Below the pieces are notes generated by a model that was not told the origin of the DNA, made no database searches, and worked only from the letters and a program-made list of their open reading frames with translations. A program made the translations under genes and the position numbers. A DNA stretch of 64,000 nt from Squalus acanthias (Eukaryota): positions 109,680,001 through 109,744,000 of the forward strand of contig CM059432.1 of the NCBI GenBank assembly GCA_030390025.1. The letters are read 5' to 3'. Below, piece by piece: positions 13,580-24,900 of the stretch; positions within the stretch are counted from its first letter, which is position 1, and each line of letters starts with the position of its first letter.

Positions 13580-14763
13580 TGTAAGGGGTATCTTAATTGC
13601 TCCCACACCCCTCCGGTTCCTAGACTTTGGACTTGTTTAGGGGTTGTGAACAAAATTGCAGTAAACAGGTTCTGATGAAAGAATTTTACTTTATTAAAAG
13701 AACAAGGTAACAAACTTGAAACACACTTACTACTTAAACACAGATTCGGGGAACACACGGTACAAGCGAGGGAAATGACAATATATCAAACAAAACCTTA
13801 TCCCTCCCAAAGATTCCACTATCTGGCTAGGTTTTTGGTTTCAGGAGATCAGGGATAATGCTCACCAACGAATCCTTGACAGGATATTAGAGTCTTTTGT
13901 TTAAAAGGACTCCCTAAGGACCTTGTTACTGCGAGGTGTCTGATGGTCACTGAGGCAGTCGCTCTGGTTTCTTCTTGCGTGCTGGCCTTCTTCCTCGTGG
14001 CTTGTGGTAGGTTTTGCTGGAGCAGGGAGAGAGCTGTGTCTGCGTCGTCAGCCAGTCCGAAAGAGAGAGAGAGATTATGGCACAGGCTCTCAAATTATAC
14101 TGTTTCTTTTTCGCGCCCAAAAAACCCTTACTAAAACAAATTCCTTTCGATTGTAAATGAACCTTGCTTAGTCCAATTGTCCAGTTTTTGGCGGGCTTGC
14201 CAGTTCCGATGGTTTTTGCTCAGTGTTAAACATGTCTTGATCGTTTTCCAATTTAAACACGGCATTATCTATGCACCAAATCTCCACCCTGTTGTCCTAG
14301 GTCTGTTGGCGGGCTTTTAAATCTGTTCTGTGGCTACCTGGTTGATTGGATTTTTGATGGGATAATGGTTATGAAACTGTGTGATCGAAGTTTTATTGTC
14401 ATTGAATCATTTTTAGATTTCCAGCATCTTGTTTGCCCCTGGGGATCCATATTTGAATGTGTTTGTGAGCTTTTGCTTTGTCTCTTGCACCTGGGTAGGA
14501 TTTGTAGTGTAAACAATTCCCAGACAGCTTGATCTGTTCATTGCCCGGCCACGCCCCTCGCAGCTTGTGTCTGTGAAAGATGTCTCTCCCAACAGTAAGA
14601 TTAAAAAAAAATCAGTTTCCTCAGGCTTTTCTTCCCTGATCTTTAGGTTTTTACATCAAATCACTTCACTTAGGCCCCATCATCCCAAGTTTGTATGAAA
14701 AGTCCAAAAATCACTCCCTTTAAGGCTCTGTTCGAGTTTCTGGGGGATTTTGCGAAGCCTACA
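13580..14763 (-). repeat. Family-B internal LTR (1184 bp), second subtype
   Basis: Ends GATACCCCTTACA like the LTRs of 47834-57523 and lacks segments found in the outer LTRs. Followed by a PBS at 13557-13575. Confidence 0.9.
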
Positions 14764-14906
14764 TCCTCCACTCCCCGCTCGCCACCCCCTGCGGTGACGA
14801 CTAATGCTCTCACTCCTGAGCACCCATAGATGTGGGAGCCCTCCACGTCACCTCGGTCACCGATGCTCACCCCTACCAGGGCGAGCAGGAGCAGAAACCT
14901 TGTCAT
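14764..14906 (-). pseudogene. env: env 5' stub truncated by the internal LTR
   Basis: MTRFLLLLALVGVSIGDRGD...ERGVE runs directly into TGTAGGC of the LTR. Confidence 0.85.
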
Positions 14907-15110
14907 TCCGAAGTCCTTTCTGTAGGGGCACACACAAAACATATATCCATGTCCCAGAAAGGTTCTCTGGCTGGATAATTAATCAAGCCCTTAAACTTGA
15001 AAAAAAACTCTACAAACAACTAAACTAATGATAACCCATAACCACCAAAACTGCAATTACTTAAAACCGAAAAATTCTGTACATTTGCCGCCCGTCTCCG
15101 GACGGCCAGG

Positions 15111-18100
15111 TTAAATCCTGTTTAGTCGCTGCCTTATGTGGCCGCTGGATGGCTTGTACACCTGGGTGTAGTGTGGCCTGTACCGCCGGACCCAGAAGGC
15201 CTTCCTCAAAACCGCTGGGGGTAACTTAACATCCCAGCTGCGTCCTGTGCTGCAGCACACTACCCCCTTTGGTGTGGCTGCAGCGCCCTCGTTCATATCT
15301 GTGGGCTCCTCCCAGCCTGAGGCTGCAGGCGGGGGACCCTTCTCTCTCTCTTCTCCCAGTACTACCTCTCCTGTGAAACCCTCACTGTTGGAGGCTGTAG
15401 GCTGGGAATCCCCAACTTTAGAATGCTCCCTGCTCTTGGGCGCTCTTCTTCGGGTTGCAACCCTCTTTGGGTGGGACCCTCTAAACAGATACACCTGTGG
15501 CCACAGTAGCCTTTGCTGTGGTGTGCGGAGAGACCTTCTTAGGGCTCTGGCCACTGGGGGTGTGCTTGAGTCCCACATAATCGGTGGAGTGACCTCTCCT
15601 GTGAAACAACACACTGTTCCTCCCACTGCAGCTTGTGCGTCTGCCACAGCTGCGGCTGGCTGAGGATTTCTAACTTGGGGGCAGTCCACCTTTGCCGGCT
15701 GTTCCCTTTTAGGTTTAAACAGTTTGCATTGGTTGATGTGAAACCACTTTGTATGGCGGGGCATCTTTATGGCATAGACCATGGGGCTTGCCTTGTCTAC
15801 AATGTTGTAGGGCCCCATGTACAATGGTTCGAAACTCCCTACCCGGGCAAAATTTCTCACCATGACCTGATCTCCAACCTCCCACTCGTGGTGCTTGCAG
15901 GGTTCCAGCAGCAATCGGTTACCCCGATGCTGTTTTCCCATGTTACTCGCAGACTGCCAGTGGACCTGTTTAAGGTGGTCCAACAGATTCCTGACGAATC
16001 TGTCCCAGTTCACCTTCCTGAGCTGCCCTTCCGTGAGCACCGGGGCTAGCACATGGGTGGGGGTCCGCATAATCCTGCCAGTCATGAGCTGGTGTGGGGA
16101 ATACCCCGTGCTTTTTGACTGGCTGGCCCGGATCCCCATTAGGACCAACGGTAAGGCTTCTACCCACTTTTTGGGTGAGTCTCCCATCTCCTTTCGCAGC
16201 CTTTCTTTGATGGTATGGTTTAAACGCTCCCAATCCCTGATGACTGTGGGTTGTGGGCGACGTGCCATTTCCCTTCTATGCCGTGTACCCTGAGGGTCTC
16301 TTGCATGACCTGCCCAGTAAAGTGACTCCCCTGGTCTGACTCCACATACTGTGGGAGCCCCCATCGTGAGAACACTTCCCTGACCAGGATCCTGGCTGTA
16401 CCCAAAGCGGTAGCTGTTCGACATAGAAAAGCTTCCACCCACTTTGAGAACACATCCACCAGGTCTAGGCAGTATTTGTAGCCTCCCTGAGCGGTGGGTA
16501 GGGGCCCGATGTAGTCGACCTGGATCGACTGCCATGGTCCCTCTACCCTCCTGATGTGTCCCATAGATACCTTCCTTTTCTGGGGGTCAGGGTTGTTAGC
16601 AGCACCCACCAGACAGCCTGCACAGAACTTGCGGACATCCTCCCTCAGTCCTGGCCACCATCCTGCCTGTTCCACCCGCTGCCAGGTGGTCTCAGGTCCG
16701 GGATCCCCCGCTCCTGGACCCTCATGGGCCAGTTGGAGGAATTCCCTTCGGTGCTGCTGCGGCACTATCCATTGTTCCCCCCTGAACAGCATGCCTTCTT
16801 TGTTGGTGATGGCTGCTGCGCCGTATGGGCCCTCTACCTTCTCCCCTCTAGCCAGCGTTTCCAGGACAGTTTTTAGGATGGGATCCTGTGCCTGGACCGT
16901 CTTTAGGTCCGGGGTCAATGCTACCCCTGCACTCCCTTGGGTCCCTCCTCTGCCTCTGATTGCTGCTACCGGGTTTGATCCATATGGATCCCACAACGTG
17001 CCTGTACTGGCGCCCTCTTTGGCCAGCATGTCGGCTTGGTGATTGCCCTCTGCGCAGGGCTCTACCTTGGAATGGGCCTTCACCTTTTGGATGTAGACCC
17101 TACCTTCCTCCCCTACTGTCCTCATGATTTTCTCCAACAGAGGCTTGATGGCCAGGGGTCTCCCATTAGCGGAGCTGTATCCACGACGGGACCAGATGGC
17201 CAGGTACTCTGTACATGAATTGCATGTGAACATGCTGTCCGAGCAAATCGTGTATGGGCTAGGGAATTCCTCGGGGTGTGTGACTACATACACCACCGCA
17301 GACAGTTCAGCCTGCTGGGCACACATGGTGCTGGGGAGCTTGATTGCCAGAGCAATGCCTGCCTCTGGGTCATAAATCCCACACCCTGTGAGTCGTTTTC
17401 CAGCTGATACTATGCTTGAACCGTCCACATAGATTTCGCAGCCTGTGGGGTGTATCCCAGCTCGCAAACCTATGTTGACTTCCCATACCCCTTCAACGGA
17501 ACACCGGTGGGCTGTCCCTGAGTAAATCATGTTGGCTGCGAGCTTTGGCTCGCAGAGACCTTTTACCCTCAGATCCATTTGTGAGAGAAGCAGGGTACAG
17601 CGAGCCATGCGGGCACTGCTCACTGTCCCATCTTTAATTCTCCCATCCAAGAGCATCTGTGTGGGCGTGTGGTGAGTGAGGAGTGTGATGGGCGAGGTGC
17701 CTGTGAAGATCAATGATCTTTTCACAGCCCAGTGAGTGGCTAGGAGGTGCCTCTCACAATTGGAGTAGCTCCTCTCCACATCAGTGAGTATTCTGGAGGA
17801 GTAAACCACTGGTCTCAGCTTGCCATGCCTCTCTTGGAGCAGCACTGCACTCAGACTGTCCCCACTGGCTGCTACCTCCAGGAAAAACTCTTCCCCTCCA
17901 TCAACGGCCCCTAGAGCCGGTGCGGTCTGCAGATCTCTCTTGAGTTTCACAAAGGCAGCCTCGCAACCCTCATCCCAAACCCACTCCACTCCCTTGTGTA
18001 GGAGTCGGAGCAGAGGGGCTGCTGTGGCTGCGTAATCCTCAATGAAATCTCTGCAGTACCCAGTTAGCCCTAGAAAAGACCTTACTCCTGTAACTGTGTT

Positions 18101-19373
18101 GGGGGATGGTAACTCCTGAACTGCTTCCCTTCTAGCTTTATCAATGGCCCTCTCCCCTGCTCGCACAGCCAGGCCCAGGAATTTGACTTCCCGCTGGCCA
18201 ATCTGTGCCTTCTTGGGGTTTACTTTAAAGCCTTCTTGCCTGAGCAGTTCCAGCAGTTCTGCCAGAAGGGGACCATGTTCCTCTCCCTCATCGGTAAAGA
18301 GGAGTAGGTCGTCCACATACTGGACCAGCTGGTGGGGCCTGCTGAAGCCCTTCAAGCAATTCGCCATACATTGGTGAAAAATGCTTGGGCTGTTGTGGAA
18401 ACCCTGGGGCAGACAGTTCCATGTGTACTGTTGGCCTTTAAATGTAAAGGCGAACTTGTACTGATCCTCTCTCCTTAGAGGGATGGACCAGAAGCCGTTG
18501 GAAATATCCAGCACTCTAAAGGTGTTCGCAGATGCTGGGATACTTCCAATGAGGTCGGCTATGGCTGCAACCGTGGGGGCACAGGCGGGGATGTTTCGGT
18601 TGAGTACCTCGATAGTCTACTGTGGCCCTCCAGGAGTTGTCTGGTTTTCTAACCGGCCACAGTGGGGAGTTCACATGGGTAACTATAGGTCTCAATACCC
18701 CCAGCTTGACTAAAGAAGTCAAAGCCGTTTCCAAGTCTGTCTCAGCTTCCCTGGGGAAGTAATACTGCTTTTGTGGAGGTTCATGGGGTCCCCACTCACA
18801 CTAACCTCGACCCCGGTTACCCTCCCACAGTCGTGCTTGTGAGTGGCAAATGCTGCGAGGTTTTCCTGCACAAATGCCTGGTACTCCATTGACCATGAGT
18901 TCGAGGTCGTAACCCTCCTTTGGTTTTACTGTGCATAAGGTCCCCTTGCCTTGTGCCTCCGGGATGACTGCTACCTCACTACCCTTTTGGGTACATGCTC
19001 CCCATAGACAGTGGTTCCTTAAATCCACTAAAATCCTGTGGCCTGTGATAAAGTCGGCCCCCAGGATCCCCTTCCCTTCTTGCTCCCACTTCATTAGGAC
19101 ACAGGTCCACTTGGTGTGGAGCGTTCCCAAATGAATGGACAGCGGGATGCAGCATGAGCCAGCCTGCTCGTTACCTGTGAATCCCACTAGGCTGTACGGG
19201 ACCCCGTTAGACAGAGGTGAAGTGGCTGGGTTATCTAAATAAATGAGGGTGCTCGAAGCTCCTGTGTCTAACAGATAGGTCCCTACTACCTTTTCTACCT
19301 CCATCTTAACATGCGGTCTCTTCCAGGCATCATACTCGAGGGGACACAGGTACACCGGCTGTGCTAGCTCCAG
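15111..19373 (-). pseudogene. pol: Family-B full-length pro-pol: protease, RT, degenerate RNase H, RNase H, integrase with long C-terminal tail (a few frameshifts)
   Basis: LLDTGA...ILGADF; NSPLWPVRK, LDISNGFWSI, LPQGFHNSP, YVDD; IYVDGS, AQQAEL, SDS, VKAH, GNHQAD; PWQSIQVDYIGP, SDQGSHF, ERLNHTIK, GPY. Confidence 0.93.
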
Positions 19374-21101
19374 TCATGCCTCTGGGTTCGGTGGGGCAGA
19401 TGGGATTAGAGCGCCAGTGGCTGTAGCCACCTTCCCTGGGCCATCAAACAGGACTCTGATGGCTGCTACTATTGTGTCCAGTGTGGCGGAAGAGGTCGGT
19501 GCTCTACTTTTGGGGCAGGAGTTGGGGACTTCTTTGCTAGGCTATCCTTCCAGGGATTCCTACAATCCTTTCTCCAGTGCACAGTCTTCCCGCACCCGAA
19601 GCAGCTACGCTTCGTGTCGGAAGGTTTACCACCTTCCTGGTGCCACTCCTTCTTATCCTGACTGGGCTTTATCTCATGCACCTTCCCTTTCGCTGGGGTG
19701 TCTTCAGCTCCCCTACCATTCCGGTAGTCTAGGGTCAGTTGCCTGACCACTGCCTCCTCGGTGACCCGGGGATCTCTTGGGTCAAACCAAAGCTCAGCCT
19801 TGGCTTTGACTCGTGGCAAGCTGTTTGCCACTAGGCTACGGAGCCAGTGGTCCAGCTCGTCCCTGTTCAGGTTAGCCCTGTCAAGAGCCCCATTACAAAC
19901 ACCCCTGTACACCGGCCACAGCCTGTCTGAGAAAGCCTGTGGGGTCTCCCCTGCGAGCTGCACTGTTTTCTCCACCCGGGAGAAAGGACTTCCCTCATTC
20001 ATTCCCATGGCCTCTAAAACTACCTCTCTGATGGCCGCATACCCATTCTGTCCTCTCTTGCTCTCAGTAGAGAGTGACTGGTACAATTTGCCATCTAATG
20101 AGAACAGGAGCAATTTTGCCATTTCGGCATCGTCACAATCGTTGATGCCAGCTGACTGCTCCACCTCCATGAAGTGGACTGAGGGGTCTTCCTTTTGGGT
20201 AAGTTTACTCAGGTGGCTTACCATAGCCCTAAGCTGTTGTGTACCGTGGGGAACCAAGAATTTACTTTCAAGGGGTCCCTGACCTCCACCACTGGCGGGC
20301 GGGCCAAATTTTTGCTGTCGTGCTGGGCACATTGGCCCTGGCTCCGACTTCTCCTGCATCGGTTCACCCCCCTCTCCCTGCTGCCAGACCGAGTCAAAAC
20401 TCGGCGCCAAAGGTGCTGGTGTGCACTCCCTGTCAGCCTCACAGATTGTCTGCCCCTCCTGCTGCCTAACCAAGCTTCTCCTTGGCGCCACAGGTGGTGG
20501 TAGAACAGTCTCCCCCTGCTCTTCCAGGTCTACCTGGGCCGCACCCGGGCTTATCAGACACAGCATGCCTTTTGTCTTGGACAGAGCAAGGTTCAAACTT
20601 TCAATCTGCTTCTGACAGGGGCCGTGGTCCCCTACCTCAAACTCCCTTGTACTGGCTACTCTATAGGCTGCCTGAACATCATTTAACTTCTCTGTGAGTT
20701 CCCTTAATTGCTTGGCAAGGCGGGTGTTCTCTTCCCGCAATGCCAGTTCACTACTTTTGGCCTCGGTGGCCTGACACTGGAGGTATCCCTTACTGGCACG
20801 GTGTTCCTCCAGCATCTGTGACTGTTCCTGATCTTTTGTGCCTAGCTCTGCTAACAACCAGTCCCCTGCTATAGCTCTGGCATGGGACAGTTGGCTTTCT
20901 TCCTTTAGCTCTTCTGTCAGAGCCTGAATGTGCTTCCCCATAAGCTGCATTTGTTTCTGGGAGCAGACCAACCATATGGCTGGTGATATTTACTTTATTA
21001 TATACATAGGATGACATACTCTCTTCCATTTTTGTTCTCTCCTCAAAACCAGCATTTTCTGCTTCACAACCCTTTCACCAAAGTCCTGCCGCGGTCGCCA
21101 T
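19374..21101 (-). pseudogene. gag: Family-B gag
   Basis: 500-aa ORF 19469-20971 with a zinc knuckle. Early TGA and a ~110-nt deletion near the 5' end. Ends PSAPPNPEA-TGA after a frameshift. Confidence 0.88.
21082..21100 (-). promoter_or_regulatory. Primer-binding site, tRNA-Arg(UCG)
   Basis: TGGCGACCGCGGCAGGACT is the complement of the vertebrate tRNA-Arg-TCG 3' end AGTCCTGCCGCGGTCGCCA. Lies 4 nt after the LTR. Confidence 0.85.
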
Positions 21102-21104
21102 TTA

Positions 21105-22382
21105 TGTAAGGGGGGTGGTAATGGGGTCAGCCTACGCTTTCTGACTCAGAGAGCGGTTCGCATTGCTCCCACACCCCTCCGGTTCCTAGACTTTGGACTT
21201 ATTTAGGGGTTGTGAACAAAATTGTAGTAGACGACAGGTTCTGATGAAAGAATTTTACTTTATTAAAAGAAAAAGGTAACAAACTTGAAACACACTTATT
21301 ACTTAAACACAGATTGGGGAGCACACGGTACAAGCGAGGGACAATGACAATATATCAAACAAAACCTTATCCTTCCCAAAGATCCCACTATCTAGCTAGG
21401 TTTTTCGTTTCAGGAGATCAGGGATAATGCTCTTGACAGGATTTTAGAGTCTTTTGTTTAAAAGACTCCATAAGGCCCTTGTTGCTCCGAGGTGTCCGAT
21501 AGTCACTGAGGCAGTCGCTCTGGTTTCTTCTTGCGTGCTGGTCTGTTTTCTGGCCTTCCTCCTCGTGGCTTGTGGTGGTTTTTGCTGGAGCAGGGAGAGA
21601 GCTGTGTCCGCGTAGTCGGCGAGTCCGAAAAGAGAGAGAAGTTATGGGACAGGCTTTCAATTATACTGTTTCTTTTTTGCGCCCAAAAAACCCCTTACTA
21701 AAACGGATTTCTTTAGGCTGCAAATGAACCTTGCTTAGTCCATTGTCTAGTTTTGGCGGGCTTGCCAGTTCCGATTGCTTTTGCTCAGTGTTAAACATGT
21801 CTTGATCATTTTCCGATTTAAACACAGCCTTATCTATGTGCCAAAGCTCCACCCTATTGTCCTAGGTCTTTTGGCGGGCTTTCTTAACTGCTCTGGTCGA
21901 TACTTGGCTGATGGGTTTTTGATGGGATAATGGGCTATGAAACTGTGTGCTGGAAGTTTTATTGTCAGGAATCGTTTTTAGATTTCCAGCATCCTGTTTG
22001 GACCTGGGGATTTCAATAGGGTTCTTGGTTTATTCATATTTGAATGTGTTTGTGAGTGTTTGCTTTGTCTCTTCCACCTTGGTAGGATTTGCAGTGTAAA
22101 CAATTCCCAGACAGCTTGATTGGGCCTCAATACCCAAAGCGGTTCACAGCCTGGCCACGCCCCTCCGCAGCTTGCCTTGTGTCTGTGAAAGGTGTCTCTC
22201 CCAACAGTAAGATTCAAAAGTCAGTTTCCTCAGGGTTTTTCTTCCCTGATCTTTCCAAAACTGAGGTTTTTACATCAAATCACTTCACTTAGGTCCCATC
22301 ATCCCAAGTTTGTATGAAAGGTCCAAAAATCACTCCCTTTAGGGCTCTTTTCGAGTTTCTGGGGGATTTTGCGAAGCCTAAA
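21105..22382 (-). repeat. Family-B 5' LTR (1278 bp)
   Basis: About 96-97% identical by eye to 6482-7771. Terminal TG mutated to TT. Confidence 0.92.
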
Positions 22383-24422
22383 ACTGTCAGGGATAGACAG
22401 TATACATGAACTAGGGTCCCGCAGGGGTTCCACAATGGTCCAAATATATTCCACCATGTACTGAGTCAAGCCTTAGACGAGTTAGACCTATCAAAGTATG
22501 AGAGTGCCCTACTCCAATATGTGGATGACATAATGATTGCATCAGAGGATGCCAAAGGACACATGGGAGCATTACTAGCCACCCTCCAGACACTTAAGAA
22601 AGCTGGCTTTAAATTGAACCCAAAAAGGCACAGGTTGGACTGTCCAAAGTAAAGTATCTAGGACACGAAATTAACCAGGGGTATAAGGCACTCCTGCAGG
22701 AACAAAAGGCAGCCATAAAAGACATGCCAAGGTCAGTGACTGTCCGGGGAGTGAGGAAAGTGTTGGGACTATTTAACAACTGCAGGAATTTTATATCAGA
22801 CTTTGCAGGGAAAGCAGAGCCGATTCAACGGTTAGTTAAAGAGGGATCCAGTAGCAAAGGGAATGCCACGATGTGTGGCTGCAATCTGAAGAAAGGACAA
22901 TAAGAAATATGACATAATTTACTGGTTCTGCAAGCATGTACTAGTTTGTTTTATTTTATCTGTTCTGTTCATGTTTAGTTAAAGTGTGAAAACACAACCG
23001 CCTTTTTTGATCGGGAAAGTTTTTTAAAAAATTTATGTGAAGTGACGCAATTGCGTGCGCCTGATAATGTTTCGCTCCACCTTCTTAAAACCTGCAAAGG
23101 AGTTAACCCTTTCCACTGACAGCTGTTTAAGTTCACCAAGCAACAACTTTAGTATGAAATTTAAAGATATTGGACATTATTAAATTTAAGTTTCTTAATT
23201 TTAAGTTAATATTTCCCCACAGTGACAGAAGGAAAATTATGATTTGATAAATTAACCCCTTGGGCTCTAAGCAGAGTCACAATGGATTATCTTCTTTCTT
23301 TTGTTATATGGAAGTTACCTTGTAAACTAATTGCAGCACTTCTGTCTCTAATGTTAAAACACTGTGTAAGCCACCTAGCCTGAGAATCACTTGTTTCTGA
23401 AATTGGAAATGGAAGATAAATTGATTGAAATGAAATTGAAGATTGACAAAACCTGTCAGTTCAACAGTACTGCTGTTTGGATTTCGGGAGAATTTTGAAA
23501 TGACAAAATGGACTCAGGCACTATATATTGGGTTACTTTTGGGAAAATAAAAGATCCTCTAAAATAATGATAAATAAAAAAACGTTACTATGTTTTCAAT
23601 CTTAAATATTGTACTAGACAGTAAAGTTTCTCCAGGACTCATGAATGAGATATGAATGGTAACTAAAGGGAAATGATTGAAGGTGTAAGATTGAAACAGG
23701 GAATTTTTAAAACTTTCTGGTGAAAGTCAGGAAAGAGTAGCTAAGAATAGTAAATTGATAGCTTTCTCTTGGAGACATTTGTGTCCCTGCCTATAATGAA
23801 CTTTTTAAGAAAACTGCATTTGATAGCCTGGCCACTATCCAAGACATCGGGACCATGCAGAGGAAGATGAACAAAGACCTCCAGACAATCTTTTGATAAG
23901 ATACCTGAAAGTCCGAGAAAGGCACATGTGGCATGATATGGAGATACCGATATGAGTGTGCAAATGTGATTTGTTACATGTGAGGCAATTACCATCCGGG
24001 AATGTATGTTGAATTTGCACTGAAGAACGGGTTTCAGACATGCTCAGTTACTTGACAACAGCAAAACATGAAATGGTGGATGTGGTTCAGGAGAGCGAGA
24101 CAACCTTTAAAGCATTGACACATACTCCATCGAGAAACGATAATTAATGAAACAATCAGAATAGAGTTAAAAACACTGGTACCTGTTAGAGGGATTGAAA
24201 TTGAAGTTGAAGTGAAGAGTTACATGGAATCTGGATGGGGACAATTGAGGGCTAAGGAGAAATCATGTTTAGTAAGAATTATCCACAAGATGGATATGAG
24301 TAAAAGAGAGATCTGGAGAATCTTTTAAGTCCATGATTTGTTGATTAGATGTTAAACTGTAATGCTGCTTGAAATGATTGTAAACTGAATTTAACTGTGA
24401 CTGTAATAATTGTGTTTTGTAG

Positions 24423-24900
24423 GTAACAGAGCGTGGGAAAAACCAGTGCGAATCCAGTATGAGGTGGTTTTGGTGGTGCCTCCTGTATCACTACTACCGC
24501 AACTACCATGCTTTACGGGTCTAACAGGACCTGTCCCATCAATCAACACGTTTTACATAATATCGAAACCTATGCTCAGGTGAAACTGACAGTAAATGAG
24601 GTACTTAAGTATGAGCTGCACAATTATGTGGCACAATTCGGATACTACATTCCCCTGTTGTCTGAGGGCTTCAGTGAGCTCGTGATGCAACTGAACTCCT
24701 CTCTAAAGCATTTTTTGGAGCAAGACAACTCGGGAATAGATATTGAAATTGACAGCATAGGGGACAACTCACACTGGTGGGATATTGGGCTTAATACTTC
24801 ACACACCCTTACGTTCGTATTATTTCACACGCTCTGGTAGTTATCCAACTTGTAATGATAGTGTATTTGATATATGTAATGTGTGGAGTAAGACTTTGAT
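24423..24900 (+). pseudogene. env: ERV-A env C-terminal remnant
   Basis: CITTT...LHNYVAQFGYYIPLL...KHF...WWDI...HTLVVIQLVMIVYLI aligns with family-B CVTTG...LQKYVTYFGYKIPPL...KHF...WWDI...HLLVVCQLGIVLYLL. Preceded by acceptor TGTTTTGTAG. Confidence 0.75.

Larger units (their letters stand above)
6482..22382 (-). mobile_element. Family-B retrovirus-like element, three-LTR chimeric provirus
   Basis: TSD ACTG at 6478-6481 and 22383-22386. LTRs at 21105-22382, 13580-14763 and 6482-7771 flank two internal units. Confidence 0.92.
6330..22850 (+). pseudogene. pol: ERV-A RT remnant split by the family-B insertion (6330-6481 and 22387-22850)
   Basis: GFWSIPLAEESQGKFAFT joins across the ACTG TSD to VRDRQYT*TRVPQGFHN...LLQYVDDIMI...VKYLGH. 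Confidence 0.85.

Noticed and set aside
14764..21104. Naturally env-less helper using GGGGAGTGGAGGA as a cryptic PPT (bipartite virus model)
   Set aside because: Possible, but the LTR subtype mismatch, single TSD and divergence step in env favour insertion plus recombination.
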